Below, in pieces: positions 20,189-29,088 of a DNA stretch of 64,000 nt. The translations under genes were made by a program, and so were the position numbers. Every line of letters starts with the position of its first letter. The first letter of the stretch is position 1. The notes under the pieces are model-generated. The model ran no database searches. It was not told the DNA's origin and saw only the letters and a program-made list of their open reading frames with translations. The DNA is taken from contig JBMNJG010000007.1 in assembly GCA_050951545.1 (NCBI GenBank), positions 1-64,000 on the forward strand, read 5' to 3'. Source of the DNA: Limnochordia bacterium. GTDB lineage: Bacteria > Bacillota > Limnochordia > DTU080.

Positions 20189-21445
20189 TTAGGCTTTCGG
20201 TACCTCCAAATCCGCCAGCCACTCCTGGGTAATGCGTTTGCCCAGCAAGAAGAACTTGCGATCTGGATGCCACAAGACGTCGTTGCCCCGGCGGTTCGTC
20301 ATGCTCGTATACACCCCGATATCGACTCGCTGCAAGGGGCCAAGGCCTACGCCGTCGTTATCCATGAGCTGTTTGGAGTGGCTAAACCAGATCGGCTGCT
20401 CGGCGTTGGGGCGGTATTCGCCCAAGGCGATGAACGCCGGACGCCTGTTGATGTTAGATTGTTCAGGACGGGTACCTTCGAGCTTGTCGTGATGCAGCAG
20501 CACGTAACGACCATCTGACAAGGAGTAGATGGGGCAACAGCAGATAGGCTGCAGAATCGGAAGCCCGTGATCCTTGCGCAGCAGCGGGCGGGGGTTGCCC
20601 CATGTGGCCCCATCGTCTGTCGAGATGCTGTACCAGATAACACCAGTCATGGTACGCATAGTGCAGAACAGACGCTTGTCCGGTAGCCGTACGAGGCTAG
20701 GTTCTTGGGCGATGCTGAGCAGAGGGTTGGTGTAATGCCCAACGCGTAAGGCCTTGTCTCCCCAGGCTGAGTAGGAGACCCGGATATCCTTCGGCTCGGG
20801 GTTCTCATCGATATTCTCAAAGCGCATGAACTCGGTCACAGACTCCGCGTCCCAGCCCGCTCTGTGGGGCGGAGTGCGCACAGCCGGGCTGACCCAGCGT
20901 GTGAAACCGACGAACCAGCGGTTCGTTAGATCGCGCACGGGTTTTTGCCAGACGATCCAGTTCGACGGGTATGCCGGGTCCGGGTGGTCGAGGGGGCTCT
21001 TCGTCATGAAGATGGTCTGCCCCTGGCTCCACGTATGCCCCATGTCGTCGCTGTAGACGGCATCCATGCTACCTGTCACCTGGTGGTGGTAGTCCACAAT
21101 GCCTTGGAACTGATTGTAGACTACATAGATCCGTCCCGAACTCGAGACGAGCGGGAATCCCCAACTGGCCTGCGAGCCTTCGCCTTTGCGGGGCGAACCA
21201 GCGATCATCAGCGGCTCTTGCCAGGTGAGGCCTTCATCCGTCGAACGCGAGAACACGATACGGTGATCACCGTATCCCTCATAGCTACTTTGCGTCCAAA
21301 CAGCCATCAATGAACCGTCCGGCCCGTCGAAGACGAGGAAGTGTTCGTTGCCCGTGTCATTCGTGGAGCCGTCAGCGCTTCTCGGGACGTAAACCACGTA
21401 GTCGGGCTCGCTTCTGCGAAGTTCAACGCTGAGATCTGTAGGCAA
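20189..21445 (-). CDS. BNR/Asp-box sialidase-like glycoside hydrolase
   Basis: Asp boxes SRSTDEGLTW, YSDDMGHTW, SISTDDGATW; AAAGGAG RBS. Confidence 0.8.
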   Translation of the reverse strand: MPTDLSVELRRSEPDYVVYVPRSADGSTNDTGNEHFLVFDGPDGSLMAVWTQSSYEGYGDHRIVFSRSTDEGLTWQEPLMIAGSPRKGEGSQASWGFPLVSSSGRIYVVYNQFQGIVDYHHQVTGSMDAVYSDDMGHTWSQGQTIFMTKSPLDHPDPAYPSNWIVWQKPVRDLTNRWFVGFTRWVSPAVRTPPHRAGWDAESVTEFMRFENIDENPEPKDIRVSYSAWGDKALRVGHYTNPLLSIAQEPSLVRLPDKRLFCTMRTMTGVIWYSISTDDGATWGNPRPLLRKDHGLPILQPICCCPIYSLSDGRYVLLHHDKLEGTRPEQSNINRRPAFIALGEYRPNAEQPIWFSHSKQLMDNDGVGLGPLQRVDIGVYTSMTNRRGNDVLWHPDRKFFLLGKRITQEWLADLEVPKA

Positions 21446-21475
21446 GAGGTGACTCCTTTCTGTCGTATCAGCAGC

Positions 21476-22768
21476 TTAGCGAAACAGGGCCTCGATCTGC
21501 TGGCTGACGCTCTCCATCGCGGCCTGTGCTGACTTCTGCCCTTGCCAGATCTGGCTGACTGCAGTGCGGATAATCGGTGCCTGCTCAGCCCATTTGGTGC
21601 TATAGGGCATGCCGCGACCACTTTCAACTGCTGTGAGGACATACCTGGCGTCAGCCTGTTTGGTCTCATAGAGTTTGGTCCAGGCACTGAAGGCTGAGAG
21701 CCTTGCTGGCAGTCTGTTCGTCAGCTCAGCCAGCTCCACCATGGACTGATGCGACATCAGCTCAGCGATGAGTTTCCATGCCAACTCCGGGTTCTGGTTC
21801 CTGCCGCTCTTGAACATGAGCAGGCCCGGCCCCAGAATGTTGTGCACAACATTCCGCGTCTGGGAGGCGCCGGGATGTACGAAGCTAGATACGCGAGCCC
21901 CAGCTGCGGCGTGGTACTGTCCCCAGTGGGCAGGAAGCGTTTCCATACCTGCCACCCGTCGGTTCTTGGTGCCGGGTCCAAAGGGGGCCATGATCTGGTC
22001 TCTGCGCAACTCATAAAGGAACTGCAACGCTTCGTAGCTGGCGGGCTCGGCTAGGCCCGACCTGCCTGTTTTGACGTCAAAGACCTCACCGCCGTTGCTG
22101 TAGACCCAGGTGCTCCAGGCAGGATCCCAACTTATGGATGCGCTGTAGCCATAGACCTCAGGCGTTCCATCGCCGTTTTTGTCGCGTGTGAGGCGTTGAG
22201 CAGTACGGCGAAAATCACCCCAGGTCCATACCCCGTTGGACCACGACTGACTCAGCATTGGCAGACCGACTTCGGCGAGCAGATCCTGATCGTAGTGAAT
22301 GTAACCCACATCTGGGTTAATCGGCATGGCGAGTTGTCTTCCATCACGAGCCCAGTACCGTAGGAAACCGCCGACGAAGTCGCTGGTCTTCAGCTTTGGA
22401 TCGCTCGAAAGGAAGTCGTTGAGGTCATACAGGAAATCGACATGGACCAATGCTCCCAGATCGCGCTGCATCATCATCACTACGTCGGGGGCTTCGCCTG
22501 CGGCCAGGTAGGCCCCAAGCTTCTGAGGTAGGTTTCCACCAGCCACGCCCTCTAGACGGACCTCGAGCTCGGGATTAGCTGCCTTGAATCGGGCGACGCC
22601 ATTAGCCATCCAGGCGTGCTCGCCCTCCCCTTCGACGTGAGGAAGCAGAACAAACAGAGCTTCTTTGGCAACGGCAAACGGATTGGCGCAGACGACAAGC
22701 AAAGCTAGAAAGATCCCCATAACTCCAGGTACCATCCCGTGTGTTCGCATATTTGCCACCCTTTTCAT
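21476..22768 (-). CDS. ABC transporter sugar-binding protein (family 1)
   Basis: Signal peptide, AAGEAPDVV, RLTRDKNGDGTPEVYG, ELAWKLI. Confidence 0.88.
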   Translation of the reverse strand: MKRVANMRTHGMVPGVMGIFLALLVVCANPFAVAKEALFVLLPHVEGEGEHAWMANGVARFKAANPELEVRLEGVAGGNLPQKLGAYLAAGEAPDVVMMMQRDLGALVHVDFLYDLNDFLSSDPKLKTSDFVGGFLRYWARDGRQLAMPINPDVGYIHYDQDLLAEVGLPMLSQSWSNGVWTWGDFRRTAQRLTRDKNGDGTPEVYGYSASISWDPAWSTWVYSNGGEVFDVKTGRSGLAEPASYEALQFLYELRRDQIMAPFGPGTKNRRVAGMETLPAHWGQYHAAAGARVSSFVHPGASQTRNVVHNILGPGLLMFKSGRNQNPELAWKLIAELMSHQSMVELAELTNRLPARLSAFSAWTKLYETKQADARYVLTAVESGRGMPYSTKWAEQAPIIRTAVSQIWQGQKSAQAAMESVSQQIEALFR

Positions 22769-22881
22769 GACTCGCCTCCTGTGAAGGTCCTTTCTGCGCT
22801 CCCCAGTGGAGAACTAGTATACATGTTTCCGGCTGTCGATGCTATTTCCTTCAATATGCCACACATGAATACCGTTCAGGC

Positions 22882-23685
22882 TCAATCCCTTGTCTTTGAG
22901 CGATGTAGTACAGCAAGCCCTTCACGGGCCTGAGTCATCAGCATCGTCACATCGCTTGACCACATGCACAAACGCATGCCTTGACTCTGCCAGTACACGA
23001 CGTCATTGAGGTTTGAGCAGTGAATGCCCGATATGATCCCGTGTTTGGCTGCCGCTTCCACTACGGCATGTGTAGCCTTGGACAGTGCTTGCGGGTCATC
23101 ATGGCGGCCGTCTGTCAGCGACTGTGAAAGGTCGTTGGGGCCCACGAGTGCAGCGTCTACACCCGGTACTGAAAGAAGGGCATCGAGGTTGTCTATGGCC
23201 CGTTTGCTCTCAATCTGCAGAACAACGAGATTGCGCTGGTTGGCCTCACGCATGTACTCCTGGGGGTCTCGTCGGCGGAAGGCGCTATGGGGACGCATCA
23301 GGGATACGCCTCGCTCACCATCTGGAGCATAGCGAGCGCACGCGACTAGCGTCTCGACTTGGGACTGCAGTTCTATTTGCGGAGCCAAGATACCATGTAC
23401 TCCTGCTTCCAGGTACTTGAGAATGGGCTCCCGGCGAACTTCGGGGATGCGCACGATCGGTGTGATGCCAGTTCCGCGACTGGCCAACATCATATCCTCA
23501 ACCGTCCCGTAGCCGAAGGAGCCGTGCTCGCAGTCTAGCACGACGAAATCAAACCCGGCCTCAGCCATGATGGGCATCGCTGCTGGATGTCGCATAGAGG
23601 TGATCATCGTGCCGAAGGCTGTTTCGCCTCGGGCCCACAGAGCTCTGAGCACTTGTACTGTCCTCTCCAGGCTGGTTTCACTCAA
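22882..23685 (-). CDS. HpcH/HpaI aldolase family protein
   Basis: GFDFVVLDCEH, YAPDGERG, QIES, VGPNDLS. Confidence 0.9.
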   Translation of the reverse strand: MSETSLERTVQVLRALWARGETAFGTMITSMRHPAAMPIMAEAGFDFVVLDCEHGSFGYGTVEDMMLASRGTGITPIVRIPEVRREPILKYLEAGVHGILAPQIELQSQVETLVACARYAPDGERGVSLMRPHSAFRRRDPQEYMREANQRNLVVLQIESKRAIDNLDALLSVPGVDAALVGPNDLSQSLTDGRHDDPQALSKATHAVVEAAAKHGIISGIHCSNLNDVVYWQSQGMRLCMWSSDVTMLMTQAREGLAVLHRSKTRD

Positions 23686-24367
23686 AAAGATCCGGCTCGT
23701 CTCGTTTCATGTGGGTGATAGCGGCTAGCAGTTCGTCGTCGTTCCCTAATAGAAGCTTCCGCACTGTGTCCCAGTCGGTGGCGGCTATGGCCTCATAGAT
23801 GGCTCTGTGTTCTTTGGGGCCAGCCCCAAGGTTCTTCGGGCGTAGCAGAGTCCACGAGCGGACCCGCAAAATCGTAGTGTTCAGCATATGGAATAGATCA
23901 ACTGCCTTGCGGTTGCCCGCTCCCGCCAAGATCTCAGCGTGGAATCTGGTGTCCAAATCTAGGAAAGCCATGTACTGCCGCTGGTCGGCCGCGTGTTCTT
24001 GCGCGTGTAGCAGGCTCTCCAGCACGCTTAAGTTAGGCATGAGAGCCTTGGTACTCATCTCGTCTAGCGCCCAACTCTCCAGCAGTTTACGCATCACGAC
24101 AGCATCAGCAGCCTCTTGCTCATTCAGCTTCGTCACGTATGTGCCGCGTTGAGGCTGGGTGACCACCAGCCCTTCGTGCTCGAGTAGCTTAAGGGCCTGG
24201 CGAGTTGGAGAGCGGCTGATGCCCAGCTGATCGGCCAGGCTATTCTCGGAGATGGCTTCCCCGGGCAGCAACCGCAGAGAGGCTATGGCCTCTCTGATGG
24301 CCTCATATGCCTGCTCAGTGAGAGAGGGCATTGGTGTCAGTTTGCGTAGCGATGCCAGACGTTGCAT
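23678..24367 (-). CDS. GntR (FadR/FCD) transcriptional regulator
   Basis: LLPGEAISENSLADQLGISRSPTRQALKLLEHEGLV wHTH; FCD motifs DTRFH and EHRAIYEAI. Confidence 0.9.
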   Translation of the reverse strand: MQRLASLRKLTPMPSLTEQAYEAIREAIASLRLLPGEAISENSLADQLGISRSPTRQALKLLEHEGLVVTQPQRGTYVTKLNEQEAADAVVMRKLLESWALDEMSTKALMPNLSVLESLLHAQEHAADQRQYMAFLDLDTRFHAEILAGAGNRKAVDLFHMLNTTILRVRSWTLLRPKNLGAGPKEHRAIYEAIAATDWDTVRKLLLGNDDELLAAITHMKRDEPDLFE

Positions 24368-24404
24368 AGACGATTCCCTCCGTACGTCATCCGGGTGCAC
24401 CTTC

Positions 24405-24423
24405 TATACAAGAATACAAGAAT
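24405..24423 (-). promoter_or_regulatory. Tandem ATACAAGA repeat, candidate GntR autoregulatory operator
   Basis: TATACAAGAATACAAGAAT just upstream of the GntR gene. Confidence 0.4.
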
Positions 24424-24489
24424 AGCTTTCGGGGTAGGCCAGGGGACTCCTGCGCTTGTCTCAATCTGTGCATGGAGTGGGGTGGGCGC

Positions 24490-25278
24490 TTAGCTACTTG
24501 CCGATGCGTAGCTTCGGGAGGCGACGAGCCAGCCCACGCGGGCGGCCCCCAGGCAAAGAAGAGCGGTCAGGACAGCGTGGCCAAGCTGGTTCAGGCTGCT
24601 TAGTCCGAGCAGCGTTTCCGCAGGCACCGTGGCCACAAACACCAGGGGCAGTACGAAGCGAAACGCGCTTTGCAGTGGGCGCGGGTAGCCGGTGATGGGG
24701 TAGCGGGCAAACTGGAGAATGGGCACGAAAAGCACAGGGATGTTATCCATGCGGATGGCTTTGAAGACGTACAAAACGCTGAGCAACCATAGGGAGTAGA
24801 TAATGGCTAGAGCACATAGCAGCAATACCAGGTACGCCCCGACCATCCAAGCCGAGGGTGGGGCAGGATGCTGTAGAAGACCGTAGAGCACGATAAATGC
24901 CCCTGTACACACGTTGGCTAGCGAAGGCAGATCATAGGTGCGCAGCGACACATAGGCCTGGGCATCAACGGGCTTGGTGAAGATGTAGTCCAGTTCACCT
25001 CGGCGCACGCTCTCCGCGAGGGCCGAGGCATTGGGTTCGATGAAGAAACCCGCGAGGGCGTAGACCAAGACAAAGGTGCCATACAAGACATACATCCGTG
25101 GTCGATTCCAGTCACCGATTGCTTCGACGTGCCCAAGCACGCTTTCGATGAACACCAAAAAGAGGCCTACTTCAGCGAGGCTACTGATGATGGTGCCGAG
25201 AAAGTGGGCACGATACTGCATCTCGCGTGTGGTGTGCAGGCAGAGAAAACGCCAGGCAAGCCGCGTGTATTGGCGCAA
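24490..25278 (-). CDS. ABC-2 family (DUF990-like) permease
   Basis: MQYRAHF, GELDYIFTKPVD, multiple TM helices; TTG start with GGAGG. Confidence 0.85.
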   Translation of the reverse strand: MRQYTRLAWRFLCLHTTREMQYRAHFLGTIISSLAEVGLFLVFIESVLGHVEAIGDWNRPRMYVLYGTFVLVYALAGFFIEPNASALAESVRRGELDYIFTKPVDAQAYVSLRTYDLPSLANVCTGAFIVLYGLLQHPAPPSAWMVGAYLVLLLCALAIIYSLWLLSVLYVFKAIRMDNIPVLFVPILQFARYPITGYPRPLQSAFRFVLPLVFVATVPAETLLGLSSLNQLGHAVLTALLCLGAARVGWLVASRSYASASS

Positions 25279-25282
25279 GGGT

Positions 25283-26083
25283 CTAGCCTCCCACCGCTGC
25301 GTAGGCTCGCACGCCCCGGCGCCAGACCCCAAGGGCGGTGCCCATCATGCACAGTGCCCAAAAGGCCTGCCAGAGCAGGCCGGGTATCAGAGCCTGAGCA
25401 GGCAGACGATTTAGCAGAATCATGACAGGAAAGGCCAGAGAGTACTTGAAGGGCAGGGCATCTCCCACTATCTGCAGCCAACGGGGGAATAGGTCGATGG
25501 GTACCACACCACCCTGTAGCAACCAGCTCAGCGAGTCGTAGATGTTGAGTATGCCCATGGGCTCAGCAAGCCAAAAGGCCAAAGAACCTAAGGCCATCTT
25601 CGCCCCTATGTTGATCGCGAAGGCCAGGACCACAGATAGCAGGAAAACGGCCCATTGCCCTCCCCGAAGCTGCGGCCACGATACGATAGAGCGAAAAACC
25701 CACGCGATGAGGGCAAGCAGTGGAAGACCCATGGCCGACTTCACCACCTGCCATGATGTCTCGCCAACGATCGAGGCCCAAAAGTAGCTCCAGGGCCGCA
25801 CAAGTTGGTGGGACAAGAGCCCATGGCGGATCTCATAGCTGAGGCTGTACTCAGGGTGTGCCTCGATCGCCACGCCGATGAAGGTAGCCGCCAGGTAGTA
25901 GGCAGCCATGTCCCCTAAGGTATAGCCAGCTATGCTCTGACCGCCCTGGTAGACCGCACTCCAGATTAGCAACATGGTGTAGGCTGGCAGCGAGTCTACC
26001 AACATCCAGATGATAGCGTTGGCCCGGTAGACCAGTGCATCTTGCAGGCCGATGTGCATATAGGTGATGTACTTGCGAGCCAC
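25283..26083 (-). CDS. ABC-2 family (DUF990-like) permease
   Basis: YRANA, EIRHGLLSHQLVRP, PIDLFP, LPFKY. Confidence 0.85.
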   Translation of the reverse strand: MARKYITYMHIGLQDALVYRANAIIWMLVDSLPAYTMLLIWSAVYQGGQSIAGYTLGDMAAYYLAATFIGVAIEAHPEYSLSYEIRHGLLSHQLVRPWSYFWASIVGETSWQVVKSAMGLPLLALIAWVFRSIVSWPQLRGGQWAVFLLSVVLAFAINIGAKMALGSLAFWLAEPMGILNIYDSLSWLLQGGVVPIDLFPRWLQIVGDALPFKYSLAFPVMILLNRLPAQALIPGLLWQAFWALCMMGTALGVWRRGVRAYAAVGG

Positions 26084-27099
26084 TATGGCGTAACCTCCTG
26101 CACCGCGTCCCTTCGATCGAATAGATCAGCAAGAACGTCCTCCGCCCCTGTCTCTTCAATGGTTACATCGTCGATGGGCAGCGCGTGGAGAAGCGAAGCG
26201 AGTGCCTGGGTGGCACTACCATTTTCGACTTCCAGTGTGACTCCCCATTTCGTGAGTTCAAGCACGCATCCATACTGACTCAGCTTGGATCGCAGCTCAG
26301 GGAGATCTCGCTCGTGAGCAGTGGCGAAGACCAAGCGCAGACGGCGTAGCGGTTTCGCTTGATGCACGAGCTGAGAGAGCAAGCCATCGAAGATCGCTGC
26401 GCCGCGGTCGACAACGATCACCCGCTGGCATAGCTCCTGAATGTCTTGCATGTAGTGACTGGTGAGCAGCACGGTTGTGCCATGCTCTTCCTGGTAGGCC
26501 CTGAGGAACGTTCGTAGTTTCTTCTGCGAAACCACGTCTAGTCCGATCGTTGGTTCGTCGAGAAGCAAGAGATCGGGTGCGTGTAGGAGCGAGCCGACCA
26601 GCTCACATTTCATCCGTTCGCCCAGGCTGAGCTGACGGACTGGCACATGAAGCACCTCTTGTATCTCAAACAAATCCACCAGGTCTGTCAGGCGCTGGCG
26701 ATAGAGCCTGGGCTCGATCTCGTAGATATCCCTGTTGAGTAGAAATGAGTCGGCTGCTGGCAGGTCCCAGTTCAGTTGGGCTTTTTGCCCCATGACCAAT
26801 GAAAGGCGCTGCAAGAAGGCTTTCTCACGGCGCCAGGGGATGTGGTCAAAGACACGGGCGTCACCCGAGGTGGGGCGCAGTATGCCAGAGAGCATCTTCA
26901 TCACGGTGGTCTTACCAGCTCCGTTGGGGCCCAAAAAACCCACCATTTCCCCAGCTGAGATCTCAAAGGAGATGCCGCGTACGGCCTCCTTGTACACCCT
27001 TTCGCGATGTACGAGCGAGCGCAGCGCGCCGAGAAGACCCTCTTGCTTGCGGAAGGTCGTATACACTTTCGTCAGTTGGTGCACCTCAATGGCCGCCAT
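26083..27099 (-). CDS. ABC exporter ATP-binding subunit
   Basis: GPNGAGKTT, LSLGERMK, LLDEPTIGLD, LTSHYM. Confidence 0.92.
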   Translation of the reverse strand: MAAIEVHQLTKVYTTFRKQEGLLGALRSLVHRERVYKEAVRGISFEISAGEMVGFLGPNGAGKTTVMKMLSGILRPTSGDARVFDHIPWRREKAFLQRLSLVMGQKAQLNWDLPAADSFLLNRDIYEIEPRLYRQRLTDLVDLFEIQEVLHVPVRQLSLGERMKCELVGSLLHAPDLLLLDEPTIGLDVVSQKKLRTFLRAYQEEHGTTVLLTSHYMQDIQELCQRVIVVDRGAAIFDGLLSQLVHQAKPLRRLRLVFATAHERDLPELRSKLSQYGCVLELTKWGVTLEVENGSATQALASLLHALPIDDVTIEETGAEDVLADLFDRRDAVQEVTP

Positions 27100-27248
27100 C
27101 GTATCCCCCACCCCGACTCATGCCACTTCATTGTAGGGGAGCGCCGTGCGAGTGGCAACAGGGGTCTGCCTGCATCCGGGGGAAGCGGGCCGTCCGGTGT
27201 CGTCTCGGGCTGCTGGTCGATCCGTGACTACGGGGGGTCTGTGCTTAT

Positions 27249-27452
27249 CTACGCCGCAGCATTCGTGTCGGCTGGGGGAGCCAGGCGCGCCGCATGGCCG
27301 ATTAGACTGCGCAGGCCCTCGGTAATATAGGCGTAAGCATCTCGACTGCCCTCGAAGTAGGGGTTCTCCGACTCAACGGCCTTGCGGTCTAACTCACGTT
27401 GCACGGCTTCATAGGCAGCAAGTAGCTTCTCGAGTTCGCGCTCCCAATGCAT
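27249..27452 (-). CDS. Small hypothetical helical protein (67 aa)
   Basis: Strong GAGGTGAGG RBS before ATG 27452; co-oriented with neighbours. Confidence 0.6.
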   Translation of the reverse strand: MHWERELEKLLAAYEAVQRELDRKAVESENPYFEGSRDAYAYITEGLRSLIGHAARLAPPADTNAAA

Positions 27453-27500
27453 CGACCTCACCTCATTTATGAGCTTCAGCCGTGTGGAGGCCGGGTATTC

Positions 27501-28514
27501 TCAAAGTAGCGACTTTTCTGGGTGAGAATACTGCGTGCCCTGCCACAGAGCTGCTGGTTCTAGCTTGGCTAGACGAACGAACTCCTCGCACATAGTTTCG
27601 ACGGCCTCTGGGCGATGGCCAGCACTGACTGGGTCGGCATACCAGGTAGCGATAAAGCCCCCGGTGGGCCGCCCTAGCTCAGTCACGAGGCGCCGACAGT
27701 AGGCCCGAATCTGATCAAGCGTGCCGTACTGCATGGTCTGCTGGATATCCACGGGGCAGTAAAAGGTGATCCGGCCCCCAAAGCGGGATCCTAGATTCCC
27801 GAGCCCCATGTTCTCTTGCTGATCCATCTGGATGACGTCCAACCCGATTTCGATCAAGTCATCGAGAATATCCACGATGTAACCGCAGCTATGCAGGAAG
27901 GTCAGCATGCCTGCCGCGTGGGCGGCTTCATATATGCGGCGATAGGCGGGCTTCCAAAGCGCTCTCCACGACGTCGGCGAGATCATGAGCCGATCCTGCA
28001 AGCCCCAATCGTCACAGAAGAAAAGACCATCAACACCTGCTTGGGCATAGCGTTCAATGGCTAGAAGGTTCATGTCGACGAGAATGCCCAGTAGCTCGCG
28101 CAGTTGATCAGGGGCCTCGTGGATATCGGCCCAGGTATTCTCTAGGCCACGTATGAAATGGACGCGTTCGTAGATCGAGATCCCTGATCCCAAGAGGAAC
28201 TTGTCGCCAGCTTTGTCACGCGCCCCATCTAGGTGGGTCCAACGCTTCGGGTCGCGGATGTCAGGTATGTGGAGGGTGGCTAAATCATCCCAACTCTTCA
28301 GCGGGAATTCCTTGACCTCACCCAAGCGCGACACACCAGCGTTAGCCCAGACTGCTCCCCATTCATCAGGCCCTCGTGAGGGTCGGGCGTCCGGTGAGGG
28401 GTGCATGCCCACACCAGCAAAGTCCGAACCGTACGGCTCCGGCAACTTCATCGGGAAACGATCGGGGGCCTTGAAGCGAACGGCCCGGGTGACTCGCTCT
28501 TTGCTCGTCATCAT
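27501..28514 (-). CDS. Uroporphyrinogen decarboxylase-like family protein
   Basis: MTSKERV, DEWG, CDDWG..LMISP, FLHSCG, VDIQQT. Confidence 0.85.
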   Translation of the reverse strand: MMTSKERVTRAVRFKAPDRFPMKLPEPYGSDFAGVGMHPSPDARPSRGPDEWGAVWANAGVSRLGEVKEFPLKSWDDLATLHIPDIRDPKRWTHLDGARDKAGDKFLLGSGISIYERVHFIRGLENTWADIHEAPDQLRELLGILVDMNLLAIERYAQAGVDGLFFCDDWGLQDRLMISPTSWRALWKPAYRRIYEAAHAAGMLTFLHSCGYIVDILDDLIEIGLDVIQMDQQENMGLGNLGSRFGGRITFYCPVDIQQTMQYGTLDQIRAYCRRLVTELGRPTGGFIATWYADPVSAGHRPEAVETMCEEFVRLAKLEPAALWQGTQYSHPEKSLL

Positions 28515-28957
28515 CCTATTGCCCCCTCATAGAGAAGACTTGTATCACGGCCCTTGCTTTCGTTCGATGAAGGCCATTTCCCTTCGGCGTGTTCATTGTC
28601 CTACCCATACACGGGCCAGCATGATACAATATGAAATGCCGCGTGTCCGACCGCCTGATAGAGTCGGTACACGTGGACAGAGTGAATGGGTAGGCATGTT
28701 TGGCAGCCGCCGACATGCCGTACAACGTGACTTGGTTCTCTAGGGAGTGACATGCATTGGTCTTTTCTCGCGTGCTACAACGAGTCAGCGGCATTTGCTT
28801 CGCACATGGGCCATCTGAATAACCGGTTCGACCTTGTCCGGAGCGCTGTTTGCCACGACCCGGCGCCTAGTCGCATCAGAAGGTGAGGGAGTCGTCTCTC
28901 TCAGCCGTTATTTCCTATGCTGACTTCGCGCGGGCGTGATGGATCATTGCACATACA

Positions 28958-28993
28958 AGCCATGGCAGGGCACGAGCCGCCATGGCTCTTTTT
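28958..28993 (+). terminator. Intrinsic terminator in the ABC-F 5' leader (attenuator)
   Basis: AGCCATGGC...GCCATGGCT 9-bp stem followed by CTTTTT, about 95 nt before the start codon. Confidence 0.7.
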
Positions 28994-29088
28994 GTGGGTG
29001 CCTGGCTAACGTTGTTTGCTAGAATGGCCCCACATCCTCTGGAGTCGGTGGCGGCGGTGTCGCCGAAGTCGAGATCGGAGGATGGTTT

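Noticed and set aside
28654-28663. Hammerhead ribozyme core
   Set aside because: CTGATAGA does not fit CUGANGA and no properly placed GAAA/stem arrangement was found
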